Of a DNA stretch of 64,000 nucleotides, positions 38,729-49,885 are shown in pieces. Both the position numbers and the translations under genes were made by a program. The stretch is taken from NCBI GenBank assembly GCA_002313635.1, contig DCBY01000005.1, positions 75,145-139,144 on the forward strand, written 5' to 3'. Within the stretch, counting starts at the first letter, position 1, and every line of letters starts with the position of its first letter. The notes beneath the pieces are model-generated. The model made no database searches and was not told where the DNA came from. It saw only the letters and a list, made by a program, of their open reading frames with translations. Source of the DNA: Fusobacteriia bacterium UBA1095 (GTDB taxonomy: Bacteria; Fusobacteriota; Fusobacteriia; Bac17; UBA816).

Positions 38729-39640
38729 TCATCTTTTCCTTGAAATATATTTAAAAGCGGACAGAGATGCCTTTGACCCCTCTCCTGCAGCAATGACAAC
38801 TTGTTTTTCAGATATTTGAGTCACATCTCCTGCAGCAAATAGCCCGGGAATGTTTGTTTTATTCTCAGAATCAACCAACACTTCGCCATATTCATTTTTT
38901 TCAGCCACAGTAGCGAATTGTGAATTAGGAAGCAATCCTATCTGCACAAAAACACCATCCACAAAAATTTCTTCTACTCTACCTTTCCTCTCATAAACAA
39001 TTGAGGAGACCAATTTATCACCCTTTATTTCCCTAGTCATAGCATCATAAACAAAAGTTATGTTATCACATTTTGAAACTTTTTCAAAGAGTGTTAAATC
39101 ACCTTTCATTGATGAATTTTTGTTAATCACATAAACATGACTTGCTATATTAACAAGTTGTGCTGCTGCATCTAGGGCAGAGTTTCCTCCACCTATTATG
39201 GCAACTCTTTTATTTGCGTAAAGAGGACCATCACAAGTAGCACAATACACAACTCCCTTATTGGTAAATTCTACCTCTCCAGGGATTTGTAATTTTTTCG
39301 GATTTTTACCAGAGGCTATTAGAACTGCAATTGACATGTAAGTATTTTTAGTAGTCTTAACTAAAAAGTACTCACCATCCTTCTCTAGGGATACTATAGG
39401 TTCCATTTTGACCAAACTACCTAATGACTTAGCATGATTTTCAAATGCATCAGTCAATTCTGGACCAGTCATTGAGGCAAATCCGGAATAGTTTTCTATA
39501 ACACCACTCCAAGCCATTTGACCACCTATATCTTTGGTTAAAACTATGGTGTCTAACTTGTTCCTAACTGCATATATGGCAGCAGTTAATCCGCAAGGAC
39601 CTGCTCCTATGATTATAAGATCATGAATTTTTGTATTCAT
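38729..39640 (-). CDS. trxB: Thioredoxin-disulfide reductase
   Basis: 303 aa; FAD motif IIGAGPCG, redox-active CATC, NADPH motif GGGNSA. Confidence 0.85.
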   Translation of the reverse strand: MNTKIHDLIIIGAGPCGLTAAIYAVRNKLDTIVLTKDIGGQMAWSGVIENYSGFASMTGPELTDAFENHAKSLGSLVKMEPIVSLEKDGEYFLVKTTKNTYMSIAVLIASGKNPKKLQIPGEVEFTNKGVVYCATCDGPLYANKRVAIIGGGNSALDAAAQLVNIASHVYVINKNSSMKGDLTLFEKVSKCDNITFVYDAMTREIKGDKLVSSIVYERKGRVEEIFVDGVFVQIGLLPNSQFATVAEKNEYGEVLVDSENKTNIPGLFAAGDVTQISEKQVVIAAGEGSKASLSAFKYISRKR

Positions 39641-39860
39641 TCTCTATCTCCTTCAGTTTATCTGAACCTACTATCACTTTGCCATTGACAATGGCAGTCG
39701 GAACTGTTTGTACACTATGGTCTTTTTTCAATTTGTCAAACTCCTCCCTAAAGTGTGAAATCTCCCTCTCTTCAAAAGGCAAACCCTTCTCATTAAGAAG
39801 ATTTACAAGCTTTATACAATAAGGACAACCCTCCATAGTATAAAGTATGATTTTTGACAT
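39621..39860 (-). CDS. Glutaredoxin/NrdH-like small redoxin
   Basis: The 79-aa protein has a CPYC active site. It overlaps the trxB start by 20 nt. Confidence 0.7.
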   Translation of the reverse strand: MSKIILYTMEGCPYCIKLVNLLNEKGLPFEEREISHFREEFDKLKKDHSVQTVPTAIVNGKVIVGSDKLKEIENEYKNS

Positions 39861-39863
39861 TCT

Positions 39864-40118
39864 CTATCTCCTCTGCTTAATTGATAACCTAGCCAAATTG
39901 TCTTCAAAAATGATGAATCCCTCTTCAATTTCGAAAACTTTCTCACCGTTATTAGTTTTTATTTTAACCTCTTTTGTTATAGAACAAGATAAAGGAGAAT
40001 GATCCTTCATGATGCCTATAGAACCAATAGGTGTAATAACGGAGATATAGTAAACATTGTCTAGTTTTGTAAAAAAATCACTAGATGAAATCTCTAAATT
40101 AAAGATTTTCATACTCAC
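39864..40118 (-). CDS. atpC: F1 ATP synthase epsilon subunit, beta-sandwich domain only (C-terminal helical hairpin absent)
   Basis: The 84-aa protein aligns to the N-terminal domain of epsilon (ITPIGSIGIMKDHSPL...) and terminates where the regulatory helices would begin. Confidence 0.65.
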   Translation of the reverse strand: MSMKIFNLEISSSDFFTKLDNVYYISVITPIGSIGIMKDHSPLSCSITKEVKIKTNNGEKVFEIEEGFIIFEDNLARLSIKQRR

Positions 40119-40145
40119 CTACATTCAATTTTACCATAGTTATTC

Positions 40146-42220
<2,075 letters not shown>

Positions 42221-42234
<14 letters not shown>

Positions 42235-43711
42235 CTTTTATCACCATTTTAATAAATTCCTCTATCTCCGTAATTAATTCATCTGTAAGTTTATTACTTG
42301 TCACTAATTTATCCTTTAGATCCCCTTCACCATCTATCAATTCTATTACTCTATTTTCAAAAATTTTCAAATCTTCAATGGCTATATTATCCAAAAAGGA
42401 ATTAGATACAGCGTAGAATAATATTATTTGTGAAGGTATTGAAACAGGAGAAACCCTTTCCTGTTTTAAAATTTCTACAATCTTCTTTCCTCTCTCTAGC
42501 TGAGCTTTGGTCACAGGGTCAAGATCTGAACTAAGCTGAGAAAAAGAAGCAATTTCCCTGTATTGAGCCAAGGCTATCTTTAAGCTCCCTGCAATCTTCT
42601 TCATAACTGCATTTTGAGCATCACCTCCAACTCTAGATACAGATAGACCAGCATTTATCGCAGGCCTTATAGAAGAGTTAAAAAGCTGTGACTCTAGATA
42701 TATTTGACCATCAGTTATAGATATTATATTTGTAGGTATATAGGATGACACGTCACCTGCTAAAGTCTCAACTATAGGTAGAGCTGTCAGTGATCCACCC
42801 TTTTTCAGCATTGCAGCTCTTTCTAATAATTTTGCATGTATATAAAAGATATCTCCAGGAAATGCTTCTCTACCAGGAGGCCTTCTCAAAAGTAAAGAAA
42901 TTTCCCTATAAGCAATAGAGTGTTTAGACAAATCATCATAAATTATTAACACATCCTGGCCTTTCATCATAAAATACTCAGCTATAGCACAACCAGCATA
43001 AGGTGCAATAAACTGTAAAGATGCAGGATCAGAAGCTGGTGAAGTGACAATAATTGTATTTGACATTGCTTCATTCTCTTTCAAAGTTTGAACCATTCTT
43101 GCTATATTTGCCTGCTTTTGTCCTATAGCTACATAGACTGAAATAACATTTTTATCTCTCTGATTTATAATAGTATCTATAGCTACAGATGATTTACCAG
43201 TATGCCTATCACCAATTATCAATTCTCGTTGACCTTTACCTATGGGTATAAGTCCATCTATGGCTTTTATACCTGTTTGCAGAGGTATCTTCACTCTATC
43301 TCTGTCAAACATCCTAGGGGCTTCCCTTTCTATCTGCATTTTTTTGTCTACAACTATCTCTTTACCATCTAAAGATTCACCCAAAGGAGATACAACTTTA
43401 CCTAGTAGTTCATCGCTACAACCTACAGTGAAAAGCTCTCCTGTACCGTATGCTTCATCTCCCTCTTTAAGCTCCTCTATCTTACCAAAAAGAATAACAC
43501 CTAAGCTCTCTTCTCCTAAATTCAAGGCCATTCCGTATACATTCTCTTTAGAAAATTTAATCAACTCACCAGACATGGCACCACTTAACCCATAAACTAT
43601 AGCAATACCATCACCAGATTGCAGCACATAGCCAATGCTAGTTACATTTAACTTTTGCTCATATTTCTGTATCTCTAATTCTATCGATCTTTTCAACTCT
43701 TCTGACTTCAT
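42221..43711 (-). CDS. atpA: F1 ATP synthase alpha subunit
   Basis: The 496-aa protein has the P-loop GDRHTGKS. Confidence 0.9.
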
Positions 43712-43722
43712 AAAATACCTCT

Positions 43723-44199
43723 TTAAAAATTAATCTTGCCTAAATTATCAAGATCTTTGGCAATAGAAAACTCTATTAACTTATCTTCAAATTTTAATCT
43801 ATAACCAGATAAAAGCTCTTTATTTACTCTAAATGTGTAGACAATATTTCCAAATTTCTTCTCTAGAAGCTCAACTATTCTATCTTCATCATTGAAGGCA
43901 CTCTCTATTTTAAAATAGACTGCTCCTTTACTTTTATCCACTAACTTTCTTAAAAAGTCATATATACTTTCTAACAAATCTAAGTGTCCTTTTTTTATTA
44001 TAACTCTAAAGGCAGCAGAAAGCTTTTCATCTAAACACTTTACCTTATCCTCTATATTTATAACTGGATTTTTGAAAAAATCATTATTTTCTCTAATTAA
44101 AACTGAACACGCTTTGAACTCTTGTTTAACGTCTCCCAAAAGGCTAAATATAGCTTCAGCATAATTAGAAGCTATAACCTTTTTTGATATCATACTCAA
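43723..44199 (-). CDS. atpH: F1 ATP synthase delta (OSCP) subunit
   Basis: Assigned by position between atpF and atpA, and by size (158 aa) and helical character. Confidence 0.6.
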   Translation of the reverse strand: MSMISKKVIASNYAEAIFSLLGDVKQEFKACSVLIRENNDFFKNPVINIEDKVKCLDEKLSAAFRVIIKKGHLDLLESIYDFLRKLVDKSKGAVYFKIESAFNDEDRIVELLEKKFGNIVYTFRVNKELLSGYRLKFEDKLIEFSIAKDLDNLGKINF

Positions 44200-44672
44200 T
44201 TTAATTTCTCCTTAAATTCAGCAAATGTCTTATCTCTAACATTTTCATCTATACTTCTAGTTAATATCCTTTTCGAAATATCTAATGCTAGATCCATTGT
44301 CTCCTTTTTCAATGACTTAGATAAATGCTCTTTCATAACATTTATTTCTCTTTTAGCATCATCAATAATAGCTTTCTTAGTATTTTTAGCCTCTTCCAAA
44401 ACAGCTTTTTTCAAATTATGTTGTTCTAAAATAGCTTTATCTAAGATAGCTTTCCTCTCTTTTTTAGCCTCTAAAAGCTCTTCTGAGATTTGCTTTTTTA
44501 ATCTTTCAGCCTCTTCTCTATTTTTTGTTGCTACAGTAATTTGAGAATTAATAGCAGCTCTTCTTTCATCTATAGCCTTTACAATCTTAGAAGACAGAAA
44601 GTACTTAAACATGAAATAGAGTAATAAAAAATTGGCTGCATGAAGAAATATTGTTACATCTATAGATAACAT
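44196..44672 (-). CDS. atpF: Fo ATP synthase b subunit
   Basis: The 158-aa protein has an N-terminal TM helix and a long charged helix. Confidence 0.7.
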   Translation of the reverse strand: MLSIDVTIFLHAANFLLLYFMFKYFLSSKIVKAIDERRAAINSQITVATKNREEAERLKKQISEELLEAKKERKAILDKAILEQHNLKKAVLEEAKNTKKAIIDDAKREINVMKEHLSKSLKKETMDLALDISKRILTRSIDENVRDKTFAEFKEKLN

Positions 44673-44674
44673 AA

Positions 44675-44914
<240 letters not shown>

Positions 44915-45625
44915 CTAATCATCTAATGCAAAAGACATATAGACTGTTACTAATGACACAAAAATAACACTCTGTATTGTCCCCGCAAATAGATCAAAAT
45001 ATAAATGTAAAAACGAAGGAATTACATAAGGTAAATACTTATAAGCTAGAGCCATAATCAGAGCTCCAGAAAATATATTACCAAAAAGCCTCATGGCTAA
45101 AGAAAAAGGTTTAGCCACCTCTCCAATTATATTCAAAGGGAGAAGAAAAGGCAAGGGTTCAAGAAAAGACTTTAAATAATTTATAAAGCCTTTACTCTTG
45201 ATAGAATGAAATGTTATGTATCCTACAGCAATAATAGCAAGTGAGACTGTAGAATTTAAGTCTGAGGTTGGAGATTTTATATCTACAATCTTACCACCGC
45301 TTAGCATAGGTATAGGAAAAATACCTATTATATTTGCAAAAAATATATACAAAAGAAGAGCTGCTATGAAACTTATATGCTTCTTAGCTTTCTCTCCTAG
45401 AGCTAATTTACCTAAAAACATAGGTACTTCATAAACCATTTCAGCAACAAAACCTCTCTTACTCTTTAAGTCTAAATTGAAAGTAACAAAAAACAAAAAT
45501 ATTAAAAATAAAAAAGAGATAAAAAAGGAAATTAAAACGGTATCCGTAAATGGTATACCAAAATCAAATACCTTTTCTGGAGCTGAGATGATACTATCTC
45601 CCTGAAACAGTTCAACTTTAACCAT
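44915..45625 (-). CDS. atpB: Fo ATP synthase a subunit
   Basis: The 236-aa polytopic protein has the conserved stator Arg region ...AMRLFGNIFSG. Confidence 0.8.
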   Translation of the reverse strand: MVKVELFQGDSIISAPEKVFDFGIPFTDTVLISFFISFLFLIFLFFVTFNLDLKSKRGFVAEMVYEVPMFLGKLALGEKAKKHISFIAALLLYIFFANIIGIFPIPMLSGGKIVDIKSPTSDLNSTVSLAIIAVGYITFHSIKSKGFINYLKSFLEPLPFLLPLNIIGEVAKPFSLAMRLFGNIFSGALIMALAYKYLPYVIPSFLHLYFDLFAGTIQSVIFVSLVTVYMSFALDD

Positions 45626-45989
45626 TCAAATCACTTTCCTTATCATAATTCAGCATTCTGTCTACAGTAACATCAATGAAAATAAGTGCCTGCATCATCA
45701 GAAAACCAATTAAAAATACTATAAAGTCTGCTGATAAAAGCCTAAAATAGACATATACAACTAAACAAGAAGATATTGTTTTTAGAAGATACATCTTTAT
45801 ATCTAAAGATCTTAAAATATTATCTCTTAAAAAATTAAAATGTAACATATTCAAAAATAGACCAGGGATAAAACTTTTTATCAATACGGTCGCTCCTGTA
45901 ACAACTGCAAAAACTATTATAGAACTAACAGTAGCAATAAATATCATTGGTATTGTTCTCTCTAACGGAACGTACTTACTTTTCTTCAT
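45618..45989 (-). CDS. atpI: Small membrane protein at the head of the atp operon (AtpI/AtpR-like)
   Basis: The 123-aa protein has 3-4 TM helices. Assigned by position upstream of atpB. Confidence 0.4.
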   Translation of the reverse strand: MKKSKYVPLERTIPMIFIATVSSIIVFAVVTGATVLIKSFIPGLFLNMLHFNFLRDNILRSLDIKMYLLKTISSCLVVYVYFRLLSADFIVFLIGFLMMQALIFIDVTVDRMLNYDKESDLNG

Positions 45990-45992
45990 AAA

Positions 45993-47282
45993 CTAATCTC
46001 CTTCAAAAAATATATCAAATTTTCCCTTCACACTTTTTATTATATTAATAGCAGACTGTAATTGAGTCTTTTTCTGCTTATCTACACTTTCTAACATTTT
46101 TATGTAAAAATTCTCAAAATGTCTAAGGGATTTTGCCTCTTCATCTAAAATAGCACTAATAGCACTACTATCCTGTCCTATACATATATGAGGTTCAACT
46201 CCCTTACCATCTATAATCTCATCTTTAGGTCCAAGAAACTTAGCTATAGTCAATTTTATTGCTCCCTTATCTGGATCTTCACTAGATATAGGAGCTACTG
46301 CTTGAACACTACCTTTACCATAAGTCTTCTCTCCCATTAAGATAGCTCTTTTATGACTTTTCAGGCATGCAGCAACTATTTCAGAACCTGATGCACTTCC
46401 ATTGTTTATCAAAACAACCAGAGGAATAGATTCATCAGATTCACCCAAGCTACCAAATACTTTCTTTTCTTCTTTAGATTCTTGAATAACTATTGGATCT
46501 TTCTTAGTGAATATTGATGAAACTGCTATGGCCTCTTCTAAAGTTCCTCCAGGATTGTCCCTTAAATCAAGAATAATATATGCTGCACCATTTTTCTTTA
46601 AATCAGAAAATATCTTTCGTGTTTTTTCAGCAACTTTACCTGAAAATTTATTAAGATAGATTATTCCTATGTTATCTTCTAGCATTTCACCCTTAACATT
46701 ATCTATCTCTATTTTTGATCTTCTAAGCTTAGATTTAGTAACACTACCATCTTTTTTCCTTATAGATAATGTTACATAAGTATTCTCTTTACCTTTTATA
46801 ATTTCTACACAATCCTTGCTCTTTTTCCCTTCAAGAGTTTGATTATCAATTTTCACTATCTTGTCACCTCTTTTTAAACCTGCCTTTTCAGCTGGACTAC
46901 CTTGTAAAACCTCTACGACTATTATAGAATCACTATCTGTAAATTTAAGCATTAACACACCTATACCACCATCAAAAGAGCCTTCTATATACTCTTTACA
47001 CATTGAATCTAGATCTTCCCTTGATACATAGTAAGAGTAAGGATCACTCAAGCTAGACATCATACCTTTTATAGCAGCTTCGAATAGATCTTTCTCACTC
47101 TTTTCTTCTTTTACATAGCTATTTTTAATGGTATTCATCACCTTCGCTATACTTAATATATATTTAAAATCAACATCTGAACTTAAATGGCGTTCTGAAC
47201 TTGAACTTGTTTTAGCTTCTTTCTTATTTCCACAGGTAATAAATGAGCTGAACAGTAGAGAAAGCAATAAAAATCTTTTCAT
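45993..47282 (-). CDS. ctpA: Carboxyl-terminal processing protease (S41, PDZ-containing)
   Basis: The 429-aa protein has a signal peptide, a PDZ region (GLKRGDKIVKIDN) and an S41 catalytic region (GSASGSEIVA..., KTYGKGSVQ). Confidence 0.8.
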   Translation of the reverse strand: MKRFLLLSLLFSSFITCGNKKEAKTSSSSERHLSSDVDFKYILSIAKVMNTIKNSYVKEEKSEKDLFEAAIKGMMSSLSDPYSYYVSREDLDSMCKEYIEGSFDGGIGVLMLKFTDSDSIIVVEVLQGSPAEKAGLKRGDKIVKIDNQTLEGKKSKDCVEIIKGKENTYVTLSIRKKDGSVTKSKLRRSKIEIDNVKGEMLEDNIGIIYLNKFSGKVAEKTRKIFSDLKKNGAAYIILDLRDNPGGTLEEAIAVSSIFTKKDPIVIQESKEEKKVFGSLGESDESIPLVVLINNGSASGSEIVAACLKSHKRAILMGEKTYGKGSVQAVAPISSEDPDKGAIKLTIAKFLGPKDEIIDGKGVEPHICIGQDSSAISAILDEEAKSLRHFENFYIKMLESVDKQKKTQLQSAINIIKSVKGKFDIFFEGD

Positions 47283-48049
47283 AATAACACTCCTAATTTA
47301 GATTCTACATCATTTATTGTAGTATTGCCATCCCCATTTCTAGAAAAAAGAGATAAAATTTCATAGTTGCCTTTCTTGCCCTGTATTGGAGAAATATCTA
47401 TATTTTTCAAAAATAATTTCTCTCTGTTAAAAGATTCTATAACAAACATGACTGCTTTCATAATTAATTGTTTATCTTTAACAATTCCCTTTTTTCCAAT
47501 AACCCGATTTCCTAATTCAAATTGAGGTTTTATTAAAGCAAAAATTTCACCATTCTCTTTTAAAAGATTAGAAATATGAGTAGCTACTTTTGTTAATGAT
47601 ATAAAAGATAGATCTACTACTATGAGATCATACTTTTTATCAGGATAGAAATCTTTTATATTAGTCTCTTCAAAAAGTCTAACTTTTGAGTTATTTCTTA
47701 AGGTAATATCCATTTGATTTTTCCCTACATCAACAGCATCAACCATAGCTCCATGCTCCAGTAGGAATTGTGTAAATCCACCTGTTGAAGATCCAACATC
47801 AAGTACACATGCATTTTTAATTTTCAACTTAAATGTAGAGTGTGCCTTTTCTATCTTAATATAGCCTCTCCCAACATAGCTTATATTATTGTTAACTTCA
47901 ATATTTTTATCTTGGCTAACCATAAAAGACAATTTCGTAACTGACTTCCCATCTATCTTAACAGCTCCCTCTTTTATCAAGATAGCCGCTCTCTCTCTGC
48001 TTATGCCTTCTTTTTGAGATATAAACTTATCTAATCGGATCAAGGACAT
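47279..48049 (-). CDS. tlyA: TlyA-family hemolysin / rRNA 2'-O-ribose methyltransferase
   Basis: It has an S4 domain plus FtsJ-like MTase (LDVGSSTGGFTQ, DLSFISL). The start is probably the internal Met (MSLIRLDKFISQ) at 48049 rather than the ORF-track start at 48088. Confidence 0.8.
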   Translation of the reverse strand: MSLIRLDKFISQKEGISRERAAILIKEGAVKIDGKSVTKLSFMVSQDKNIEVNNNISYVGRGYIKIEKAHSTFKLKIKNACVLDVGSSTGGFTQFLLEHGAMVDAVDVGKNQMDITLRNNSKVRLFEETNIKDFYPDKKYDLIVVDLSFISLTKVATHISNLLKENGEIFALIKPQFELGNRVIGKKGIVKDKQLIMKAVMFVIESFNREKLFLKNIDISPIQGKKGNYEILSLFSRNGDGNTTINDVESKLGVLL

Positions 48050-48518
48050 AGCATATAAACCAAGAGACAAGAAATCCAAAAACTGCACCCATTAACACTT
48101 CTATGGGGGTGTGACCTAAAACCTCTTTTAGATTATTTTTTATTATTTTTTTTCCACTCTCATCTTCAAGCTTATCAACAACTTTGTTAATAACCACTGC
48201 TTGTTGTCCAGCACTTCTTCTAATTCCAGCTGCATCATACATAACAATAAGTGCAAAAACTAAACTGGAGCCAAACCCTAATGAGAACACACCATCTGGT
48301 TCATATCTAGAGAGAGAGGTTGCTAGTGCTGAAACAGAAGCTGAATGACTACTAGGCATACCACCCATACTAAAAACAGATCGCCAGTTTATTCTTTTAT
48401 TTCTATAAAAATCAATCAAAAATTTCAATACCTGAGCAGAGATAGTAGTAATAATAGATGGATAAACTATTTTATTTGAAAGAATATCAATAAATATTTT
48501 CACTAACCAGCCCTCCAT
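48027..48518 (-). CDS. DUF212 family membrane protein (divergent PAP2/acid phosphatase-like)
   Basis: The 163-aa protein has the motif GGMPSSHSASVSALATSL. Confidence 0.6.
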   Translation of the reverse strand: MEGWLVKIFIDILSNKIVYPSIITTISAQVLKFLIDFYRNKRINWRSVFSMGGMPSSHSASVSALATSLSRYEPDGVFSLGFGSSLVFALIVMYDAAGIRRSAGQQAVVINKVVDKLEDESGKKIIKNNLKEVLGHTPIEVLMGAVFGFLVSWFICYVLDPIR

Positions 48519-48583
48519 TGTCTTTATATTTTAACTAAAAAAGCATACCATTATTTTCTATTATTGCCAAATAAAAGACTTTT

Positions 48584-49837
48584 TTATCCATCAAAAGAGA
48601 CCCCAAAAACAAAATAATTCCCTTTAAGATAGGGCAAAGCAGGAAAGAATGATCTATTTTTGTAATAGTAATCAAAATGTATATTAAAACATTTTATTTT
48701 AGTTTTTAAATTAAAGCCAAATATATAGCCCATTCTCAAATTATTTAGATCATTATGCGATTCAATAGCATCTTGCCTACTAATAGCAGCTCTAAGATCT
48801 AAAACTAAATTATCATTTTTTATCAATCTATTGCTTCTAAAATCTAGCCTGTACAAAAGATTGGATAAAGGATCTTTGGTAAAAGCAAAAGTAATTAAAA
48901 ATGATTTATCTAGGTAATTGATCACATTTACCAAACTATATTCTAAGCCAAAAGGAGTTAGCTCATTTTTTAAAAACGGCATATATTTCACTCTATTTAT
49001 AGACAAATAAAACCACTCTACATTCTCTTCACCAAAAATTAGGTAGTTAAACATTCCTTTAGCAAACATCCATACTATTGGATTTAGAGAATAAAATGCT
49101 ATGCTAGAATATACAACTTCTTTAAGGTTAATAAAGTTAATGTCATCAATTCTATTCCAGTCAAAATCACCTTCAATAAAATGAGAGTAGTACCTTGCCT
49201 TTAAATGTCTTTGCCATTTGTCAAAATCACCTGCCCCATTTCCAAAATAGTGGTCAGCAATTGCGTATCCCATAAATTCTGAGACATTTATTTTCATAAA
49301 ATTTAGCTTATGAATATCTATATCATCACCAAAAGCATCAAGCACACTCTCTTCCAAACAGTAATTTGTAGTAGAATTACCGGCTACGTTAACTAGTAGA
49401 TAGTTATCTAACCAATAATCACTTCCTTTACTATTACCTGGAACCCAACCAATAGTTAGTCCAGATACAGGGAAAAAAGCACCAGGAATCAAAGAAATCA
49501 AAGAGGAGGTTAAGTAAGATTTAGGCTTAACTAATCCAAAATATTTGACTTTCCCATCTAACTCTCTTATAGCACCTCTATGGCCAGATTCATGAAACAA
49601 TATGCCTGACAAATGAGCTACTGTGGAAGATAAATTATAAAGCATACATCTGACAAAAAAATTATCACTTTGAAATTTATTAAAAATTAAAGAAGATGCG
49701 TTAGAAACAGATATCATATTTTTAGAATTAGCAAATGAAGACATATTGTAATCATAGAACATACCAATTTCTTTAGAAGCTTTATTAGCAAAAGAGACTG
49801 AATTAAAAATAAAAAATAACAAAATTATTAACTTCAT
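48584..49837 (-). CDS. Secreted hypothetical protein with an HExxH zinc-binding motif
   Basis: The signal peptide MKLIILLFFIFNSVSFA starts at the ATG at 49837 (the ORF-track start at 49855 is a TTG). It contains ...LFHESGHRGAI... Confidence 0.45.
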   Translation of the reverse strand: MKLIILLFFIFNSVSFANKASKEIGMFYDYNMSSFANSKNMISVSNASSLIFNKFQSDNFFVRCMLYNLSSTVAHLSGILFHESGHRGAIRELDGKVKYFGLVKPKSYLTSSLISLIPGAFFPVSGLTIGWVPGNSKGSDYWLDNYLLVNVAGNSTTNYCLEESVLDAFGDDIDIHKLNFMKINVSEFMGYAIADHYFGNGAGDFDKWQRHLKARYYSHFIEGDFDWNRIDDINFINLKEVVYSSIAFYSLNPIVWMFAKGMFNYLIFGEENVEWFYLSINRVKYMPFLKNELTPFGLEYSLVNVINYLDKSFLITFAFTKDPLSNLLYRLDFRSNRLIKNDNLVLDLRAAISRQDAIESHNDLNNLRMGYIFGFNLKTKIKCFNIHFDYYYKNRSFFPALPYLKGNYFVFGVSFDG

Positions 49838-49852
49838 ATTATTATATTGTAC

Positions 49853-49878
49853 CAAAAAATAGGCCCGGTTAGGGGCCT
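49853..49878 (-). terminator. Rho-independent terminator downstream of RNase J
   Basis: An AGGCCC/GGGCCT stem with a 6-nt loop is followed on the minus strand by ATTTTTTGG. Confidence 0.55.
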
Positions 49879-49885
49879 ATTTAAA

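Noticed and set aside
48049-48088. Extended N-terminus of tlyA (MQFLDFLSLGLYA) overlapping DUF212 by 62 nt
   Set aside because: The conserved TlyA N-terminus begins at the internal Met (MSLIRLDKF, matching the RLD start of characterised TlyA). The longer ORF is probably a read-through artefact of ORF calling.
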